A stretch of 64,000 bases of DNA from Polyangiaceae bacterium (GTDB lineage Bacteria > Myxococcota_A > Polyangia > Polyangiales > Polyangiaceae). Both the position numbers and the translations under genes were made by a program. The stretch spans positions 96,001 through 160,000 of the forward strand of contig JBNKBE010000007.1 in assembly GCA_050287085.1 (NCBI GenBank), read 5' to 3'. Below the pieces are notes generated by a model that was not told the origin of the DNA, did no database searches, and saw only the letters and a program-made list of their open reading frames with translations. Of the stretch, positions 50,950-60,979 are shown piece after piece. Numbering within the stretch: the stretch's first letter is position 1; each line of letters starts with the position of its first letter.

Positions 50950-53229
50950 ATGCCTGCGAGTTGGTCCCCATCTTGCACTTTCCGGGGGATGACTCGTCGA
51001 TCCTGCTCTCCTAGGGCCGCTCGCCGCGCGCGTTTGGGTCTCGGACTCAGTCCCTCGCTGGCCCTGTTGGCCGTGTTTTCGATCGCTTGTGCGGCCGCAC
51101 CCGCTGCCGACAAGCCGGGAGCGGAGATTGTGCCGGCAGACGCCTTGCCCCACGCCCAAGCACTTTCCGCGCTGCAGGAGGAGGTCAAGGCGATTGAGAC
51201 CCTCGATGGTCCGGGACTCATCGCGAGATTCCCCGCCCCTGTCCGGGATTCGCTCAGCTTCGATGCCACGAAGGCCGAGTTCATCGATCGAATCCAAGCC
51301 TCGAGCCTGGCCCTTGACGACCAGGAGTTGGAGCTGCTCGGTCAGAGTGGTGTGTTGATCTCCGGGCGGCAGGTGTTTCCAACGTTTCTACGCGGTTATG
51401 CCGCCATCTATATGGAACACCTGCCGGTATTCGTATCGGCCGACGCCATCCTCAATGCTGTCCACCGGTCTTTCGACAAGATCCTCTTCGCTTTTGAGGC
51501 GCGCTTATTGCGCGATGATCTGGGCGCGATGCTGGGCGCGATGCAGGAGGCGCTGGCCGGAGCGGGCGGGTCCGAAGTCGCAAAGCGCGACGCGTCTCTC
51601 TACCTGGGGGTGGCGCGCCGCTTACTAGCGGGCCCTGAGGCGCCGGCGACGGATCAGAGGGTTGAAGAACTGGCGGTCGCTGCGGAGGCGGCGACAGGCA
51701 CCGACGCCATTTCGCTTTTTGGTGTTAACCGGGATATCGACTTTTCACAGTTCACGCCACGCGGACACTACGTCGGAAGAGACGAGCTTGAGACTTACTT
51801 TCGCGCCATGATATGGCTTGGGCGCATCGATCTCAGAATCGTCGAAACCATGCCTGATGGGGGTCAGGTCTTTCGTCGCGACCAGTACGAGGCCGCCCTG
51901 CTACTGAATGAGGTGCTGAGCGGGCGTGCGCTGGAGTTGTGGCGGGGTATCGACCAGGTGGTCCGGCTGTTCGTTGGCGAGAGCGACTATATGACCCCGG
52001 ACGCGTGTGGCGCTTTGATTGAGGACCTAGGAGGGCTCGAGTTGGCGCGCGCTGCCGCCGACGCCGACGTGGTGCGAGCGCTCGCAGCGGGCGGATACGG
52101 TGAGCAGCAGATAGCGAGTCATTTGATGGTCAATGACGGGACGAGCAAGACGCTGCCCTTGAATCGTAGCTATGCCATTCTTGGACAGCGTTATGTCGTC
52201 GACTCTCACGTATTCAGCGAGACCGTCTACGATCGCGTCGCGGATCGTCTCATGCCAAACCCGCTGGACGCCGCTTTCGCGGCGTTAGGCAACAACGCCG
52301 CATTGGCGTTTCAGCCCGAGATCGTCGGCGGTCAGGCGCTGCCAGGTGCCCTCGGTCGGATGAGGCATCTGATCGACGCCCATCCAGAAGATTTCTGGCA
52401 GGCCAACTTGTACAATCTGTGGCTGTCTGCGCTGCGCGCCTTGTCGCTTCAAGACCAGCAAGATGGGGTAGGGCTGCCGGAGGTGGCCCAAACGAAGGCA
52501 TGGAGCCGGCGAGTGCTGAATACGCAGCTGGCGTCGTGGGCGGAGCTTCGCCACGACACCCTGCTATACGCCAAGCAATCCTACTCGGGCATTCCAGCCT
52601 GCGACTTTCCCGACGCCTACGTAGAGCCCTACCCCGAGTTCTTTCGGGCTTTGGTGCGTTATGCGGAGGCGGGAGTCGGCTTGGTCGATCTGGCTGCAAG
52701 AGACGATGTCTTGGGCTCCCAGGTTGCCAGCTATTTTGACAACTTGAAGACGGCTGCGGAATGGCTAGCCCAGATGGCAGAGCAGCAGCGCCAGGGTGAA
52801 CCCTACACCGAGGAGCAACTCGCGTTTATCAACGATGCGGTGAGGGTCGACAAAGAGGACGTCGTCTGCACCACGGTTGATTTGCCCAACGGCTGGTATG
52901 CCAGGCTGTTCTATGAAGCCAGCGACTCTATCGAGATGGACCTGACGATCGCGGACGTGCACACCCAGCCGGCGGACTGGGGAGGAGCTCTCGTCGGACG
53001 CGTATTGCATGCGGCGACAGGAACGCCGCGGCTCATGGTGGCGACCGTGGACACCTGCATGGGCCCGCGCGCGTACGTCGGCATGGCAAGTGCGTATCAC
53101 GAGCTCGTCAGCGAGAACTTCAAACGCTTCACCGACGAGGAGTGGCAGCAGCTCTATCTCGAGGCCGGCGCCCCCGATGTACCGTGGCTCGAGGGGGTGC
53201 TCAGTCACCCCGCGACCGGACAGCCGTAG
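50950..53229 (+). CDS. DUF3160-family lipoprotein
   Basis: PVFVSADAIL, DFSQFTPRGHY, YFRAMIWLG, NLYNLWL.ALR.L, LASWAELRHDTLLYAKQSY, YVEP.P.F, ADVHT. Confidence 0.85.
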   Translation: MPASWSPSCTFRGMTRRSCSPRAARRARLGLGLSPSLALLAVFSIACAAAPAADKPGAEIVPADALPHAQALSALQEEVKAIETLDGPGLIARFPAPVRDSLSFDATKAEFIDRIQASSLALDDQELELLGQSGVLISGRQVFPTFLRGYAAIYMEHLPVFVSADAILNAVHRSFDKILFAFEARLLRDDLGAMLGAMQEALAGAGGSEVAKRDASLYLGVARRLLAGPEAPATDQRVEELAVAAEAATGTDAISLFGVNRDIDFSQFTPRGHYVGRDELETYFRAMIWLGRIDLRIVETMPDGGQVFRRDQYEAALLLNEVLSGRALELWRGIDQVVRLFVGESDYMTPDACGALIEDLGGLELARAAADADVVRALAAGGYGEQQIASHLMVNDGTSKTLPLNRSYAILGQRYVVDSHVFSETVYDRVADRLMPNPLDAAFAALGNNAALAFQPEIVGGQALPGALGRMRHLIDAHPEDFWQANLYNLWLSALRALSLQDQQDGVGLPEVAQTKAWSRRVLNTQLASWAELRHDTLLYAKQSYSGIPACDFPDAYVEPYPEFFRALVRYAEAGVGLVDLAARDDVLGSQVASYFDNLKTAAEWLAQMAEQQRQGEPYTEEQLAFINDAVRVDKEDVVCTTVDLPNGWYARLFYEASDSIEMDLTIADVHTQPADWGGALVGRVLHAATGTPRLMVATVDTCMGPRAYVGMASAYHELVSENFKRFTDEEWQQLYLEAGAPDVPWLEGVLSHPATGQP

Positions 53230-53274
53230 TCAAAAGCTTCTGCAAGGAATGTCCTCTAGCCTCTCGGCGTAGCA

Positions 53275-55182
53275 ATGGGCTACTTCCGCTGGGAGGTGAT
53301 GAGGAGCATGACTATGAGGCCGAAGAGCGAGCAGAAGGCAAGTTGGTTTGGGGTAGCGCTGATTTGTGCGACGACGGGTTGTTCGGTGACTGTCGGGGGC
53401 TCGGACGACGACGCGGGCACCAAGAAGAAAAGCCCCAGCTCAGAGGGCAAAGGCGATGATTCCAAGACGGAAAGAGCCGATTCGGGGGGACCGGAAGAGA
53501 GCTCAGACGACGATGCCGGCGGCATCGAGCGTGATGATAGCGGTCGAGACGTAGACGCGGTTGACGCAGGCTCGAACGGCGTCGGAGCCGACGATGAAGA
53601 CGCGGGCGCGGCGGTGGAGCTTGGCCGTCTCGACTGCGGTTCCATCGAAGGGGCCCGTGTGATCGAGCCGAGGGGTAGCGACAATGACCCCACCTGGTCC
53701 GGCACGATCTACATCACAGATAGCGTGACCGTCTATGCGACGCCGTTGACCATCAAGCCGGGTACTCGGATCGTGATGGCTGCCGGCGCGCGTCTGGGCA
53801 TTACTGGCGGGACGGTTGTGGCTGAGGGCACCGAGTCCGAACCGATCGTCTTCTGCGGTCGCGAGGCTGAAGCTGGCTATTGGCGGGGCCTGACAATTGA
53901 CGATGACGTTAAGGCTGATTCGGTTTTCAAGCACGTGGCGATCTTGGATGGGGGCGGCGGTGACGCTTCAGCGGCCCTGTCGGTCTCGGCGGAGATTGCG
54001 ATTGAGGACGTCCTGGTTGAAAACTCGGCGAGCGCCGGAATTGCGGCCAGCACGCTGAAGGCGGGTGGTCGCGGACTGTCGCTCAAAGGCAACGCCACAG
54101 CGGCGATCCTCAGCGGGCCGAAGGCCATGACGAACTTCCCACTCGGGGGTGTGATCGAGGACAACGGCGAGCAGTTGGTGCGTTTGGCATTCGATCAGAT
54201 CCGTAGTTCCGTCGTCATGCCCAATATCGGAGTCCCCTATCTGCAGGAGGACGCTATGCTCGTGCAGGAAGGCGCGGACTTCACCATCGAGGCAGGCGTT
54301 GAGTATCGATTTGATGTTGATACAGGCATCGAGATCGGATGGAACAGAGGGGATGTTCGTTGGCACGTCAATGGGACCGAGGACGCACCGGTTGTATTCC
54401 GCGGGCAACAGGAGGGGCCCGGGGGTTGGGACGGAGTCATCATCGGGGAGAAGGTGCGCACGGATTCGTCGGTGAGCTTTCTCGAAGTGCACGACGCGGG
54501 CGGCAACGACAGATACTCACTGGCCACCTACGCTGCGCTTCGGATGAATGACATCCTGCTCAGCGGCAATGCCTCAGGGGCCTATATCGGCGAAGCGGGC
54601 GCGCACGATAGTTCCTCGGATTGGACGATTGTAGACAACGACGGCTACCCCCTGACGCTGGAACCCGAGGCCCTGCTGAAGCTGCCCAGCGCCAGCCACT
54701 ATGCGGGCAACGAGCTAGCTCGAGTGCGAGTGCGCAAGGGCGCCATCGAAAGCTCGGGAACCATTCCAAAGCTGGATGTTCCGTTCCTTGTGCTCGAAGA
54801 CCTTCGCCATTCCTCGGATGGTGAGCTTACCATCGAAGCCGGCGTCGAGTTTCGGATGGCCCCCGACTCCCAAGTGACGTTCGGCTGGAACAATGCCCGG
54901 ACGGCCCTCTTTGCGGAGGGCAGCGAGGATGAGCCGATCCGCTTCATCGGAGAGTTGGAAGAGCCCGGTAGCTGGATCGGAGTGAACATTGGCACTGCAC
55001 TTCGCAGTGATTCAAAGCTACGTTGGATTCAGTTCTCCCACGCGGGGGCTAATGGTGGCGCGGCGCTCCAACTGGCGAGTGCGGTAGACATGAAGAATTG
55101 CTCGTTCAGCGACAACGCCGGAGATGCCCTGAGCCAGAAGTCTTCAGACGATACCGACTATTCGGTGGACAATAGTCTGTAG
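53275..55182 (+). CDS. Secreted/lipoprotein beta-helix protein with three internal repeats
   Basis: TTGC lipobox, acidic DAG linker, three TI..G.....G...A.G....PI.F.G.....G.W.G units. Start may be a downstream Met. Confidence 0.7.
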   Translation: MGYFRWEVMRSMTMRPKSEQKASWFGVALICATTGCSVTVGGSDDDAGTKKKSPSSEGKGDDSKTERADSGGPEESSDDDAGGIERDDSGRDVDAVDAGSNGVGADDEDAGAAVELGRLDCGSIEGARVIEPRGSDNDPTWSGTIYITDSVTVYATPLTIKPGTRIVMAAGARLGITGGTVVAEGTESEPIVFCGREAEAGYWRGLTIDDDVKADSVFKHVAILDGGGGDASAALSVSAEIAIEDVLVENSASAGIAASTLKAGGRGLSLKGNATAAILSGPKAMTNFPLGGVIEDNGEQLVRLAFDQIRSSVVMPNIGVPYLQEDAMLVQEGADFTIEAGVEYRFDVDTGIEIGWNRGDVRWHVNGTEDAPVVFRGQQEGPGGWDGVIIGEKVRTDSSVSFLEVHDAGGNDRYSLATYAALRMNDILLSGNASGAYIGEAGAHDSSSDWTIVDNDGYPLTLEPEALLKLPSASHYAGNELARVRVRKGAIESSGTIPKLDVPFLVLEDLRHSSDGELTIEAGVEFRMAPDSQVTFGWNNARTALFAEGSEDEPIRFIGELEEPGSWIGVNIGTALRSDSKLRWIQFSHAGANGGAALQLASAVDMKNCSFSDNAGDALSQKSSDDTDYSVDNSL

Positions 55183-55271
55183 CCGAAGACGAGCGAAGTG
55201 GCTCGAGCAGGAGTGGCGTTGTCCGACGCCAGCTCCTGTTCGAGTCGCGGCTTCTCGTTCGATTTCGGCTA
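55180..55271 (+). terminator. Long (~92 nt) imperfect hairpin filling the gap between convergent genes
   Basis: TAGCCGAA...TTCGGCTA outer stem; TGGCTCGAGCAGGAG pairs with CTCCTGTTCGAGTCG and TGGCGTTG with CGACGCCA using G.U wobbles. Confidence 0.65.
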
Positions 55272-55946
55272 GAATGCGTAGGCGATGCCTAGGCGTCCGT
55301 AGACCGGAGGGATCAGGAAGGTACCCTGAGCGGTGGACAGAACTCCGGCAGTCAGCGAGCCTTCGATCTGGTCTCCGCGGATGGCGAGGCGCAGGCCCGC
55401 CCGCAGGGTGGTAGCAGGGAGTCGGTACCAACCGTCCCGTGCATTGTCATAGACTTGCCTGCGATAGGCCGCGCTGTGGGTCATTCGAGCGGCTACGAAT
55501 TGTTCGATGCCGAGCTCCCCGAGTACGCCGAAGCGGGCTCCAGAATGGCCCACCAAGAGCGCACTTTGCCAACCTGGTGCAGACGCGGTGTAGACGGCGT
55601 TTTGCGCATGTCTGAAGACGAGCCCACCCTCTACGTGAACGCCGAATAGGCGGTGGGGGATGAGCGTTGTGCGGGTGGTTGCGGCCAGCGCGTAGTCCCC
55701 TACGTCCAGCTTGGCGTAGGGGAGGGTCAGGGTTAGTTGCGCCAGCACTGGCGAGCGCCATGAGTTCGGGTCGAAGCGCCGAGCCAGGGTAGCGTCGAAC
55801 GTTAAGCCCGAGTCCAGGCCGGTCCCGAGCGCAGCGCTCGTCGGCGTATCCGCTCCGGGGTACGTAGCCACTTGGGCGCGGGCCGAAGCGATGGCGAGGG
55901 TGCAGGTCAACCAGGCGGCGACCAGTACGATGGGTGCGCGCGTCAT
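55269..55946 (-). CDS. Putative outer-membrane beta-barrel protein
   Basis: Signal peptide (ARA/Q), amphipathic strands, C-terminal LGIAYAF; ATGA-coupled to the hydrolase gene. Confidence 0.7.
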   Translation of the reverse strand: MTRAPIVLVAAWLTCTLAIASARAQVATYPGADTPTSAALGTGLDSGLTFDATLARRFDPNSWRSPVLAQLTLTLPYAKLDVGDYALAATTRTTLIPHRLFGVHVEGGLVFRHAQNAVYTASAPGWQSALLVGHSGARFGVLGELGIEQFVAARMTHSAAYRRQVYDNARDGWYRLPATTLRAGLRLAIRGDQIEGSLTAGVLSTAQGTFLIPPVYGRLGIAYAF

Positions 55947-56998
55947 CGTTCCCCCTTTTCTGACGCGAGTTCTGATTCGAGGGCGTCGAGATAGCTGAGG
56001 GTCGCCCCAACGACTTCTTCGGCGGCGGTCCAGGGCAGGTCGTGGCCTGCTCCGGGGATCACTTCGAGCTTCGCATTGCCGTAGAAGCGGAGCTGTTCTT
56101 CTTGGAAGGTCACTCCGATCGCGGTGTTGAGCTCGCCGGCAATGAACAGAACCGTCGGCTCATAGTTCTGGAGTCCAAGTGTGAAGTCCCAGACGTAGCG
56201 ACCATTGTCCGTGCCGTCTTGCAGGATTGCTTCGTTGGCCACAGCGCCCATGCGCCAGAAGGGTTTCGGATCGGACTTGGAAAGGTGGTAGGCGGGTTGG
56301 GCGTCGCTGAAAGCGCCCAGTGCCAGCAGGTAGTCCCGGCGCGCGTGTCCTTCGGGGCTCAAGACGCGTTCAGCTGCGATGAAGTCATTGAGCCCTTCGC
56401 TGAATAGGTCCAGCGAAAGGAGCTCGTCTGCGACCTTCGTGTAGAGTGCGCCCGTGAGCGGCCCGGGTTCGAGGAGTACGGCGCCCTGAACGCGCTCCGG
56501 ATACTGGGAGATGTAGTGACTTGCTAGCATCCCTCCCCAGCTATGTCCGATGAGGTAGACGGGTGCGTCGCCCGCGTAGTGGTCGATGATGGCCGTTAGA
56601 TCCTGGACGAAAGAGTCGATGCTGATGTGCTCTGGATCCAGGCGCTCGCTGAGTCCGCTGCCCGCTTGGTCCCAGAACACGAGCCGGTGTTCGTCTTCGA
56701 GCCGGCGCCCTCCGGTGGCCCCTCTCAAACGAAGAAGCCCGCGGTAGTCGCCGCCCGGACCACCGTGCAGCATGATGAGGGTGGGTGCGCCAGCGGGACC
56801 GAATGCCTCGGCGTGGAACCGAACGCCTCGCAGCGTGATCTGAGGCAGGTCGGGGTTCTCCCGAACCGTGCGGGGGACGAGCTGTCCGGACTCCGTAGGG
56901 TCGGAACAGCTCGCCGCCGCCGTGGCCAACAGGGCGATCCAGCAACGAGGGTCGTGGGGTCGAAGGCGAGTAGGTCTATGTCGGTATATGTGGGTCAT
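55943..56998 (-). CDS. Lipoprotein alpha/beta hydrolase (proline iminopeptidase-like)
   Basis: Lipobox AASC, LHGGPG, DQAGSGLS, GHSWGG nucleophile, GAGH. Confidence 0.88.
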   Translation of the reverse strand: MTHIYRHRPTRLRPHDPRCWIALLATAAASCSDPTESGQLVPRTVRENPDLPQITLRGVRFHAEAFGPAGAPTLIMLHGGPGGDYRGLLRLRGATGGRRLEDEHRLVFWDQAGSGLSERLDPEHISIDSFVQDLTAIIDHYAGDAPVYLIGHSWGGMLASHYISQYPERVQGAVLLEPGPLTGALYTKVADELLSLDLFSEGLNDFIAAERVLSPEGHARRDYLLALGAFSDAQPAYHLSKSDPKPFWRMGAVANEAILQDGTDNGRYVWDFTLGLQNYEPTVLFIAGELNTAIGVTFQEEQLRFYGNAKLEVIPGAGHDLPWTAAEEVVGATLSYLDALESELASEKGER

Positions 56999-57144
56999 AG
57001 GCGTCCTTGGGCGATGTGCGTCGAGAGTCGACGTCCGCTGCCACCAGAGTGGAGCCCTTGAGGGGCAAGCGCGCCCCAGCCCACAAGCCCGTGCGCCCAA
57101 GGGCGGATCAAGACCCGTGCGAGTTTCTTAGCTATTGAATATTG

Positions 57145-58455
57145 CTAGGAAACCTTGTCGTTCGCCAGCGTCCGCACCCGCTGGGCCCGCCGAAACTCGG
57201 TCGGCGTCTGCCCCTGGCTACGTTTGAAGTAGCTGTTGACGGTGGACTTGGAATTGAACCCGCAGCGCAGCGCGAGTGACAGAACCCCGCTTTCCGGCTC
57301 GCTGGTCAGGAGCTGCTTGAGCGCCGCTACGCGGTGATCGTTGACGAAAGCATGAAAGGTCTTGCCCACATGAACATTGAGAACCTGACTGACGGAATGG
57401 GGCGGCGCCCCGAGGTGCGCTGCGAGCTCCGGCAAGGTCAGGTCAGGATCCCGATACAGATGCTCGTGGGCCATCGCGCGCTCAAGCCCGCTTTGCAGCT
57501 CCACCACCTCCGCCTGCGTCAGGCGATTGCGTTGGTACCTTGACTCGAGCCGCGCGACCCCCGACCCGTGGGGCGAGGGCTGAGGGGCGCTGGGCGTCCC
57601 GCCGTGCGCCAAGGTCGGACCGCTCATGGTTGCGTCTTGAAGTGGGGTTGCTACCTTGTCGTCACGAAGTGCCGGCTGGGTGGTGGTCGGCTCGTAGGAT
57701 TCATCATCGGCGAAAAGGGACGCTGCCCTGGCCTTCGCTTCCACCTCCGACTGCGCCAATGCCATGTAGCCGATGAGAAAGAGCACGAGCGCTGATGCTG
57801 CCGGCACCCCGTGGCGCAGGACGGGTGGAATGCTGTGGCCTCCGAGCCTGAGCCCGAAGCCGACCGCCACCAGAGACCAGACCGCCGCGTGGGCCCACAA
57901 CATGCGGTATAGCCAACGAAGATCCACGCTCGATATGGTGCTGAAATAGCGCTCCACGCGTTCACTATGCCGTCTTAGATGAACAAGAGCGGAGCCCAGG
58001 TAGGCAACAGCCTGGGCGAGTTGCACGACGTCGAGTAGCGATAGAGCCAGCGGGGCATGCCCGGTCAGCACTTGTGACAACAGGACGCGCTTCTGCTCGC
58101 CGTCGCGGAAGTAGAACGCGTGGGCCATGTAGGCCAGATCCAGAAGGAAGGGAAAGGCATGGGCCAGATGCCTGAGTCGGAGGTGCGTCAGGGTGCCCGA
58201 CAGCGTTTGAACGTAGAGGAAGAGCAGCGGACTGAAGAGAAAGGGCAGCGGCGCTGCCAAAGCCAGCAGGTGAGGGTTTTCCTGCGCGAATCTGAGCTCC
58301 GCGTAGCCCAGCCCGAGCATGGTGGTAAGGGCCAATACGAGCGTGCCCAGCAGGCGATTGGCCAGCGGATCCTCGGGTCGCTTCCACAGCGCAATTCCGA
58401 GCGCGAGACCTTGCACTGCGCCCAGCAAGATCAGCGCGTAAGCCAGGTCCGCCAT
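57145..58455 (-). CDS. Membrane-anchored AraC-family transcriptional regulator
   Basis: About 7 N-terminal TM helices; LYRDPDLTL..LA, SQVLN, F..FVN..R, GFNSKS...FKR..GQTP.EFR. Confidence 0.9.
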   Translation of the reverse strand: MADLAYALILLGAVQGLALGIALWKRPEDPLANRLLGTLVLALTTMLGLGYAELRFAQENPHLLALAAPLPFLFSPLLFLYVQTLSGTLTHLRLRHLAHAFPFLLDLAYMAHAFYFRDGEQKRVLLSQVLTGHAPLALSLLDVVQLAQAVAYLGSALVHLRRHSERVERYFSTISSVDLRWLYRMLWAHAAVWSLVAVGFGLRLGGHSIPPVLRHGVPAASALVLFLIGYMALAQSEVEAKARAASLFADDESYEPTTTQPALRDDKVATPLQDATMSGPTLAHGGTPSAPQPSPHGSGVARLESRYQRNRLTQAEVVELQSGLERAMAHEHLYRDPDLTLPELAAHLGAPPHSVSQVLNVHVGKTFHAFVNDHRVAALKQLLTSEPESGVLSLALRCGFNSKSTVNSYFKRSQGQTPTEFRRAQRVRTLANDKVS

Positions 58456-58528
58456 GCTCGCTCCTATAGCAATAAAGGGCCTGGACGCGAAGGTCCGGTC
58501 TGCCCATGCGGAGGGGTCTGCTGACGCT

Positions 58529-59674
58529 CTAGAAGCGGTATTGCCAGTCGGCGCGGCAGCCCGTGGTGTTGCAGCCCAGGGTTACGGGGCCCGAACCATC
58601 GTGGCGACCGAGGTCAACCGCAATCAGGACGCCGGCTGCAACGCTAAGAGCAGCGCCACCCAACGTGAGGCCCAGGGCCCATCGTTCAGCAAGGATGGCA
58701 TTGTCTGCCGACTTGGAGGCTTCGAGCTGCACTCTCTCGCCAGCGGCCTCTGACTTGGCGGATGAGGCGATCGCGTAGAAGACGCCAGCGCCGCCCAGGG
58801 TGGCCAGGGCTCCTCCAGATAGCGTCCACGTCAAGGGTCGGATGCATGCAACGCCGCTGCACCGGCTGACGGCATCGGATGGCACGCCGCGGGTGGGGCC
58901 GTCACCCGGCGTCCCCCGCGCGTCGACCGGCATCTGAGCGACACTTTCTTGCACCAGGGTGACGGGCACGTCGATGGCGCGATCGCGGGGCAGGTCGAAA
59001 TTGCGCGTCTCGTCGCGGTATCCTCTGAGTTCCAGGGTCAGTTGGTGAAAGCCCGGTGCGATCTCGCCGCTCCACGGCGTTAGACCGAGCCGCGTGCCGT
59101 CGATGGACACCACCGCGCCTGCGGGTGTCGAAAGGACCGTCACCTGCTGAACGCCGCGGCTCTCGAGAGCTCGCTCCAGGCGGCGAATTGCGGTATCAGC
59201 CGTGGCGCGGTCCTCGCTATCGGGGGCTCGTCTCAGATAGGCGCGAAAGTGCTCTAGCGCGCGCGCATCGTTGTGCAACTCTTGGTAGGCCAGCGCGATG
59301 TTAAACGAAAAGGCTGGACTCGGGGTGAGCTGATCAGCTCGTTCGAGCAGCTCCACGGCTTCGGCAAAACGTCGCTCTGTGAACGCGACCACGGCGGCGG
59401 CGTAGGCTTCCTTGGAGCGCTGGAGTGCGTCGTTGGGGGGCGTAGACTCGTCGGGCGTCGCATCCGAGTGGGGACCTTCGCCGGCCCGCGCTTGAGCCGG
59501 GGTCGGGGGCTCGCCGGATGGTGGATCGACGGTTTCGGGAGCTTCCGGGGATGATGCGGGCGCAGGTGACTGAGCCTGCGCGAAGCGGGTCGTCGAGGCA
59601 ACGAGCAGACACGCGATCCCGAATGCCGAGGAAAGAGTGTGGGCACGTCGTCGCTTGCCGGTGACTGAGCTCAT
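58529..59674 (-). CDS. TPR plus PEGA domain membrane protein
   Basis: Signal peptide, Pro-rich linker, TPR (FNIALAY, FRAYL), PEGA (STPAGAVVSIDG..LG.TP...PG.H...L.GY), C-terminal TMs. Confidence 0.88.
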   Translation of the reverse strand: MSSVTGKRRRAHTLSSAFGIACLLVASTTRFAQAQSPAPASSPEAPETVDPPSGEPPTPAQARAGEGPHSDATPDESTPPNDALQRSKEAYAAAVVAFTERRFAEAVELLERADQLTPSPAFSFNIALAYQELHNDARALEHFRAYLRRAPDSEDRATADTAIRRLERALESRGVQQVTVLSTPAGAVVSIDGTRLGLTPWSGEIAPGFHQLTLELRGYRDETRNFDLPRDRAIDVPVTLVQESVAQMPVDARGTPGDGPTRGVPSDAVSRCSGVACIRPLTWTLSGGALATLGGAGVFYAIASSAKSEAAGERVQLEASKSADNAILAERWALGLTLGGAALSVAAGVLIAVDLGRHDGSGPVTLGCNTTGCRADWQYRF

Positions 59675-59933
59675 AGAAGACGAGTTGGAGCGGACAACGT
59701 TCGCGGCACTGAGGTTGAGTGTCGTCGGAGGCAGATCAAACGCCCGCTGCTAGCGCTAGCTAACGGCAGATTCCCTTCAACATTGAGGCTTTTTGAGCTC
59801 GCAGGCCACAAGGGATCGGCAAGCCATTCAATTGTCGAGCGTGGTGCCGCTGTACACACATGAAGACGCAGCGACCAAACGCGATTCTTCGCTTGTTGCT
59901 CAAACCTGCGCGGAAATCGGTATACCAGCCGGC

Positions 59934-60908
59934 ATGCCATTGGACGTTTCCGAGAAACAGGCTTCGCTTTCGCGGCTTCGGGGCAACTATTGGACGCTGT
60001 CGCAGCATTTTGCTCGCATGTTGCAGGGGGTGCCGGCGAGTCGTCGTCTGAGCGTCACCGTAACCGATCCGGAGCGCGGTCTTGTCCCCCTATCCGGCTG
60101 TCTTTCCGAGCCGCCGGGGGCTACGGCCCTGGTCATCATTGTTCACGGGCTGGGTGGCTCTGCCACAAGCGGCTACATGCGCAGCGCCGCCAACGCGGCA
60201 TGGCTACGCGGCTACGCCGCTTTGCGCCTGAATCTGCGCGGCGCAAGCGGCGATGGGTCGGATTTCTATCACGCAGGGTTGGGTTCCGATCTCGACGCGT
60301 GGTTGGACCATCCGGACGTTGAGCGCTACGCGAGGCGGGCCGTGCTGGCCTACTCGCTCGGGGGGCACGTCGCGCTGTCACACGCCCTTCTGGGCTCACC
60401 GCGCTACGGGGCGCTTGCGACGCTGTGCAGTCCGCTCGATCTTGCCTCGGCGCAATACGGCTTCGACCACGTCATGCCTAGGGTCTACCGAAAGCACGTC
60501 CTCGAAAGCCTCAAGGCCATGTATCGCGTCGTCGCGCGCTCCGGAGTAGCCGGCTATCCGGCGAATCGACTTGGGGAGATTCATACGATCTACGAATGGG
60601 ATGACCGGATCGTCGCACCACGATTTGGGTTTCCCAGTGCGGCCGAGTACTATCGCTGCGTGAGTGTAAAGCCCAAGATGGCCGGTCTCACGGTGCCCAC
60701 ACTCTGCGTCCGTGGGTTGGATGATCCGATGGTCGTCGACAATGCGTCGCTTCCGGCGCCGGGCGCATGCTGCGAAGTATTTGATGCGCCGGGTGGACAC
60801 GTGGCGTTTGGGCGGGGCTTTCGACTCGGGGCCGGGCGGGGTACGCCGGAGTTGCAGGTGATCGATTGGCTTGCACGTCACGCCTTCGGCCATGAGCTTT
60901 CGAGATGA
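59934..60908 (+). CDS. YheT-like alpha/beta hydrolase
   Basis: HGLGGS...GYM, NLRG, FYHAG, YSLGG, EWDD..AP.FGF..A.EYY, DDP, GGHVAF. Start 59934 or 59793. Confidence 0.88.
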   Translation: MPLDVSEKQASLSRLRGNYWTLSQHFARMLQGVPASRRLSVTVTDPERGLVPLSGCLSEPPGATALVIIVHGLGGSATSGYMRSAANAAWLRGYAALRLNLRGASGDGSDFYHAGLGSDLDAWLDHPDVERYARRAVLAYSLGGHVALSHALLGSPRYGALATLCSPLDLASAQYGFDHVMPRVYRKHVLESLKAMYRVVARSGVAGYPANRLGEIHTIYEWDDRIVAPRFGFPSAAEYYRCVSVKPKMAGLTVPTLCVRGLDDPMVVDNASLPAPGACCEVFDAPGGHVAFGRGFRLGAGRGTPELQVIDWLARHAFGHELSR

Positions 60909-60979
60909 GCCCAGAGGGTGCGCTGCCATCAAGCTGGGCACCGTCCAGCGGCTTAGGGTCCGCAAGGGGGGAGGCCACC

